Source: Pelagibacteraceae bacterium AG-337-G06 (GTDB taxonomy: Bacteria > Pseudomonadota > Alphaproteobacteria > Pelagibacterales > AG-422-B15). From it: a stretch of DNA of 64,000 bases. Under the pieces are notes generated by a model. That model worked only from the letters and a program-made list of their open reading frames with translations. It was not told the origin of the DNA and ran no database searches. The stretch covers positions 50,742 through 114,741 of the forward strand of contig QBZX01000002.1 of NCBI GenBank assembly GCA_003282175.1, given 5' to 3'. This document shows, piece by piece, positions 61,584 through 64,000 of the stretch. The position numbers and the translations under genes are program-made. Numbering within the stretch: the stretch's first letter is position 1; every line of letters begins with the position of its first letter.

Positions 61584-62005
61584 TGAGTACTGAAAGAACA
61601 TTTTCAATTATTAAGCCAGATGCAGTTGAAAGAAATAAAATAGGTGAAATCACTGCAATGCTAGAAAATGCAGGATTGAGGGTTGTTGCTTCTAAGAGGT
61701 TAAAGCTAGATCAAGTAAAAGCTTCACAATTTTATGAGGTTCATAAAGAGAGACCTTTTTTTCAAAGTTTGTGCGATTTTATGTGTTCTGGGCCAATTGT
61801 AGTTCAGGTTCTTGAAGGGGAGGATGCTGTAAAAAAAAATAGAGAAATTATGGGAGCTACTAATCCTGAAGAGGCCGTTGAAGGCACAATAAGAAAAAAA
61901 TATGCATTATCTCTAGAAAAGAACTCTGTTCATGGCTCTGACAGCCTTGAAAATGCAAAAATTGAGATAAGTCACTTTTTTTTAGAAGAAGAAATTATTT
62001 CCTAA
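61583..62005 (+). CDS. ndk: Nucleoside diphosphate kinase
   Basis: [35 protein letters not shown]. Confidence 0.98.
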   Translation: MSTERTFSIIKPDAVERNKIGEITAMLENAGLRVVASKRLKLDQVKASQFYEVHKERPFFQSLCDFMCSGPIVVQVLEGEDAVKKNREIMGATNPEEAVEGTIRKKYALSLEKNSVHGSDSLENAKIEISHFFLEEEIIS

Positions 62006-62567
62006 GTAATTTTATTATGGAAGCAGGGTAAAGCTTGTGTTCTGCTTTTAGAACCTTTTTTGATAATGTATCCGCATTATCCGTCTTTTCAATAGCAACG
62101 GAAGTTTGCATAATGATTTTCCCATCATCTACTTTACTATTTACATAATGCACACTGCATCCTGACTCGACTTCTTGCGCATCCAATGCTCTCTGGTGAG
62201 TATTAAGCCCTTTAAATTTAGGAAGAAGTGAGGGATGTATGTTTATTATTCTGTTTGGAAAGCTATTAATTAATTTGTCGGTAATTATTTTCATATATCC
62301 CGCAAGACAAATAAGCTCAATATTATAAGGTTTTAGTAGTTTAAGAATCTCTTCTTCATAATGATCTTTGCTCTCAAAATTATTTAAATCTAGAGTATGA
62401 GTATCAATATTATTTTTTGATGCAAATTGAAGACCTATTGCATTAGCATTGTCAGAAAAAACACATACAACTTTTGCTGGAAAGTTATCATCTTTGCAAG
62501 CATTGATAATCGACTCTAAGTTAGAACCTCTGCCTGATATAAAAACCCCAATAGGTTTTTTACTCAT
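61995..62567 (-). CDS. purN: Phosphoribosylglycinamide formyltransferase
   Basis: [33 protein letters not shown]...VD.G.II, EH.LYP. Confidence 0.96.
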   Translation of the reverse strand: MSKKPIGVFISGRGSNLESIINACKDDNFPAKVVCVFSDNANAIGLQFASKNNIDTHTLDLNNFESKDHYEEEILKLLKPYNIELICLAGYMKIITDKLINSFPNRIINIHPSLLPKFKGLNTHQRALDAQEVESGCSVHYVNSKVDDGKIIMQTSVAIEKTDNADTLSKKVLKAEHKLYPASIIKLLRK

Positions 62568-63606
62568 CGAAATCAAGTCTTCCTATAAATTCTACACTTT
62601 TTTCTTTAGCAGATTTTTTTATTTCAATATTGCCAATTATATCAGATTTTAATTTATATTTTGTTATTGTTTTTCTAACTCTATTGAGATTATTTTCATC
62701 AATTATAATTACCATTCCATAGCCACAATTAAATGTTCTTAACATCTCATTTTGAGATACATTAAAACTGCTAATCCATTTAAATATTGTTGGAAGTTTC
62801 CATTTATTCAAATCTATTACAGCCTTGGTATTTTTACTGAATGACCTGGGTAAGTTTTCGGTTACACCGCCACCAGTTATGTGTGAACAAGTCTTAATAA
62901 GATTTTTGCTAAAAAGATCAAGAATTACATCAACGTAAATATGCGTAGGCTTTAATAATATTTTTCCTAAAGTACTATTTTTGATAATTTTCTTTTTTAG
63001 ACTAATATTATTATCTTTTATAATTTTACGGATAAGTGAAAAGCCATTTGAGTGGATTCCAGATGACTCTATTCCGATGATAAGATCACCTTTGTTTATT
63101 CGTAAAACTTTCTTCGAAATACCACTTTTTACTCCAATACAAAAACCAGCTAAATCATATTTTTCCTTAGTATCATATCCTGGATGCTCGGCTGTCTCAC
63201 CACCAAGTAAAGCACAATGCGAAATTTTGCATCCCTTTATAATCCCTTTAATTATATCAACACCTTTAGAGACATTTAATTTTCCAGTTGAGATGTAGTC
63301 TAAAAAAAATAAGGGAGTTGCTTTATCAACAATCAAGTCATTCACGCACATAGCTACCAAATCTATACCAATTGTTTTATAGTCATTCATTTCCTCTGCA
63401 ATTTGAATTTTTGTTCCTACGCCGTCTGTTGCTCCAACTAATATAGGCTTTTTAATTTTAGAGCTTAAGGGGAATTGACCTGAAAATCCTCCGATTTCAG
63501 TCTTAATAAGACCTTTATCTTTTTTGATTAAGTTGCTAATTTTACTTACAAACTCATTTCCTTTGTTGATACTTACACCAGAACTTGAGTATGATAATTT
63601 TTTCAT
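62560..63606 (-). CDS. purM: Phosphoribosylformylglycinamidine cyclo-ligase
   Basis: Y..SGV.I..G, TDGVGTK, DLVAMCVND, GGETAE, SSGIHSNGFSL, HITGGG..EN, RTFNCG; start set at MKKLSY (63606). Confidence 0.96.
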   Translation of the reverse strand: MKKLSYSSSGVSINKGNEFVSKISNLIKKDKGLIKTEIGGFSGQFPLSSKIKKPILVGATDGVGTKIQIAEEMNDYKTIGIDLVAMCVNDLIVDKATPLFFLDYISTGKLNVSKGVDIIKGIIKGCKISHCALLGGETAEHPGYDTKEKYDLAGFCIGVKSGISKKVLRINKGDLIIGIESSGIHSNGFSLIRKIIKDNNISLKKKIIKNSTLGKILLKPTHIYVDVILDLFSKNLIKTCSHITGGGVTENLPRSFSKNTKAVIDLNKWKLPTIFKWISSFNVSQNEMLRTFNCGYGMVIIIDENNLNRVRKTITKYKLKSDIIGNIEIKKSAKEKSVEFIGRLDFDE

Positions 63607-63621
63607 TTGTCTACTATATAT

Positions 63622-64000
63622 ATGATTTATCAATTTTTCGCTAAACATATTAAACAGTTACTCGCTCTCATTTTATTCTTATTTTTAAATTTTCCTCTTA
63701 TGGCTGACGAAGATATATTTTTTTCAGGAATGAATATTTTAGTGAAAATTCCTTATTCTAATAATTCAAATGTAAGAAACCTAGCAATTTCAAAAGCAGA
63801 AAAATTAGCATTTGAGAAAATTTCAAAAAAACTTTTGACACCAAGAGACTACAATAAAATTATAAAATTAAACGATATTAATTATGAATATTTAGTAGAG
63901 AGTATTGAGTTTGTTGATGAAAAAATATCATCTGAAACTTATAGTGGGAGCTTTAATGTTTATTTTAGTCCATTTAAAGTTAGAGAATTTTATGAGTCTC
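63622..64000 (+). CDS. Exported protein, DUF2066-like (truncated by window edge; absent from ORF track)
   Basis: Open frame MIYQFFAKHIKQLLALILFLFLNFPLMA-DED...RNLAISKAEKLAFEK...LVESIEFVDEKISSETYSGSFNVYF runs to the window end; divergent from purM as in other alphaproteobacteria. Confidence 0.65.
   Translation, partial: MIYQFFAKHIKQLLALILFLFLNFPLMADEDIFFSGMNILVKIPYSNNSNVRNLAISKAEKLAFEKISKKLLTPRDYNKIIKLNDINYEYLVESIEFVDEKISSETYSGSFNVYFSPFKVREFYES

Noticed and set aside
1-64000. CRISPR arrays, tRNA/rRNA genes, riboswitches, IS elements, prophage or defence systems
   Set aside because: Intergenic spaces are tiny and AT-rich, and no repeat-spacer arrays, GC-rich structured RNA or mobile-element proteins were recognised. 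A small ncRNA cannot be excluded without an Rfam search.

Overview
This is a gene-dense, AT-rich chromosomal segment of a streamlined marine Alphaproteobacterium. A SAR11/HIMB59(AEGEAN-169)-like affinity is inferred from gene content, synteny and alpha-type LexA boxes. It holds about 62 CDSs, with no rRNA, tRNA, CRISPR array, integrase or transposase that I could recognise. In order: a methylglycine catabolic run (DMG-dehydrogenase-like C-terminus, zapE, DadA-like oxidoreductase, soxBDAG); a redox cluster; MoxR/vWA-DMT-dusA; dksA-recA-alaS; a tolC-padR-MFP-RND-RND-LOG-icd operon with two palindromic operators; rlmE-guaB-guaA followed by a small accessory islet (phage-type GNAT-like gene, photolyase, hypothetical); panB-yfgM-bamB-der; rpsF-rpsR-rplI-dnaB-alr-MMPL-cvpA-SDR; fab genes and gmk; lptFGD-surA-rsmA; pepA-ndk; purMN. 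The most striking observation is that the gene at the canonical der (EngA) locus encodes only ONE G-domain (GD2-like) plus the KH-like domain. Also notable are a PPIase-less minimal SurA, two enzymes missing a catalytic residue (SDR Lys->Met, NAPE-PLD-like His->Ala), tandem RND paralogues under a putative PadR operator pair, and repeated leaderless-type promoters. All calls come from motif recognition by eye; no database searches were run.
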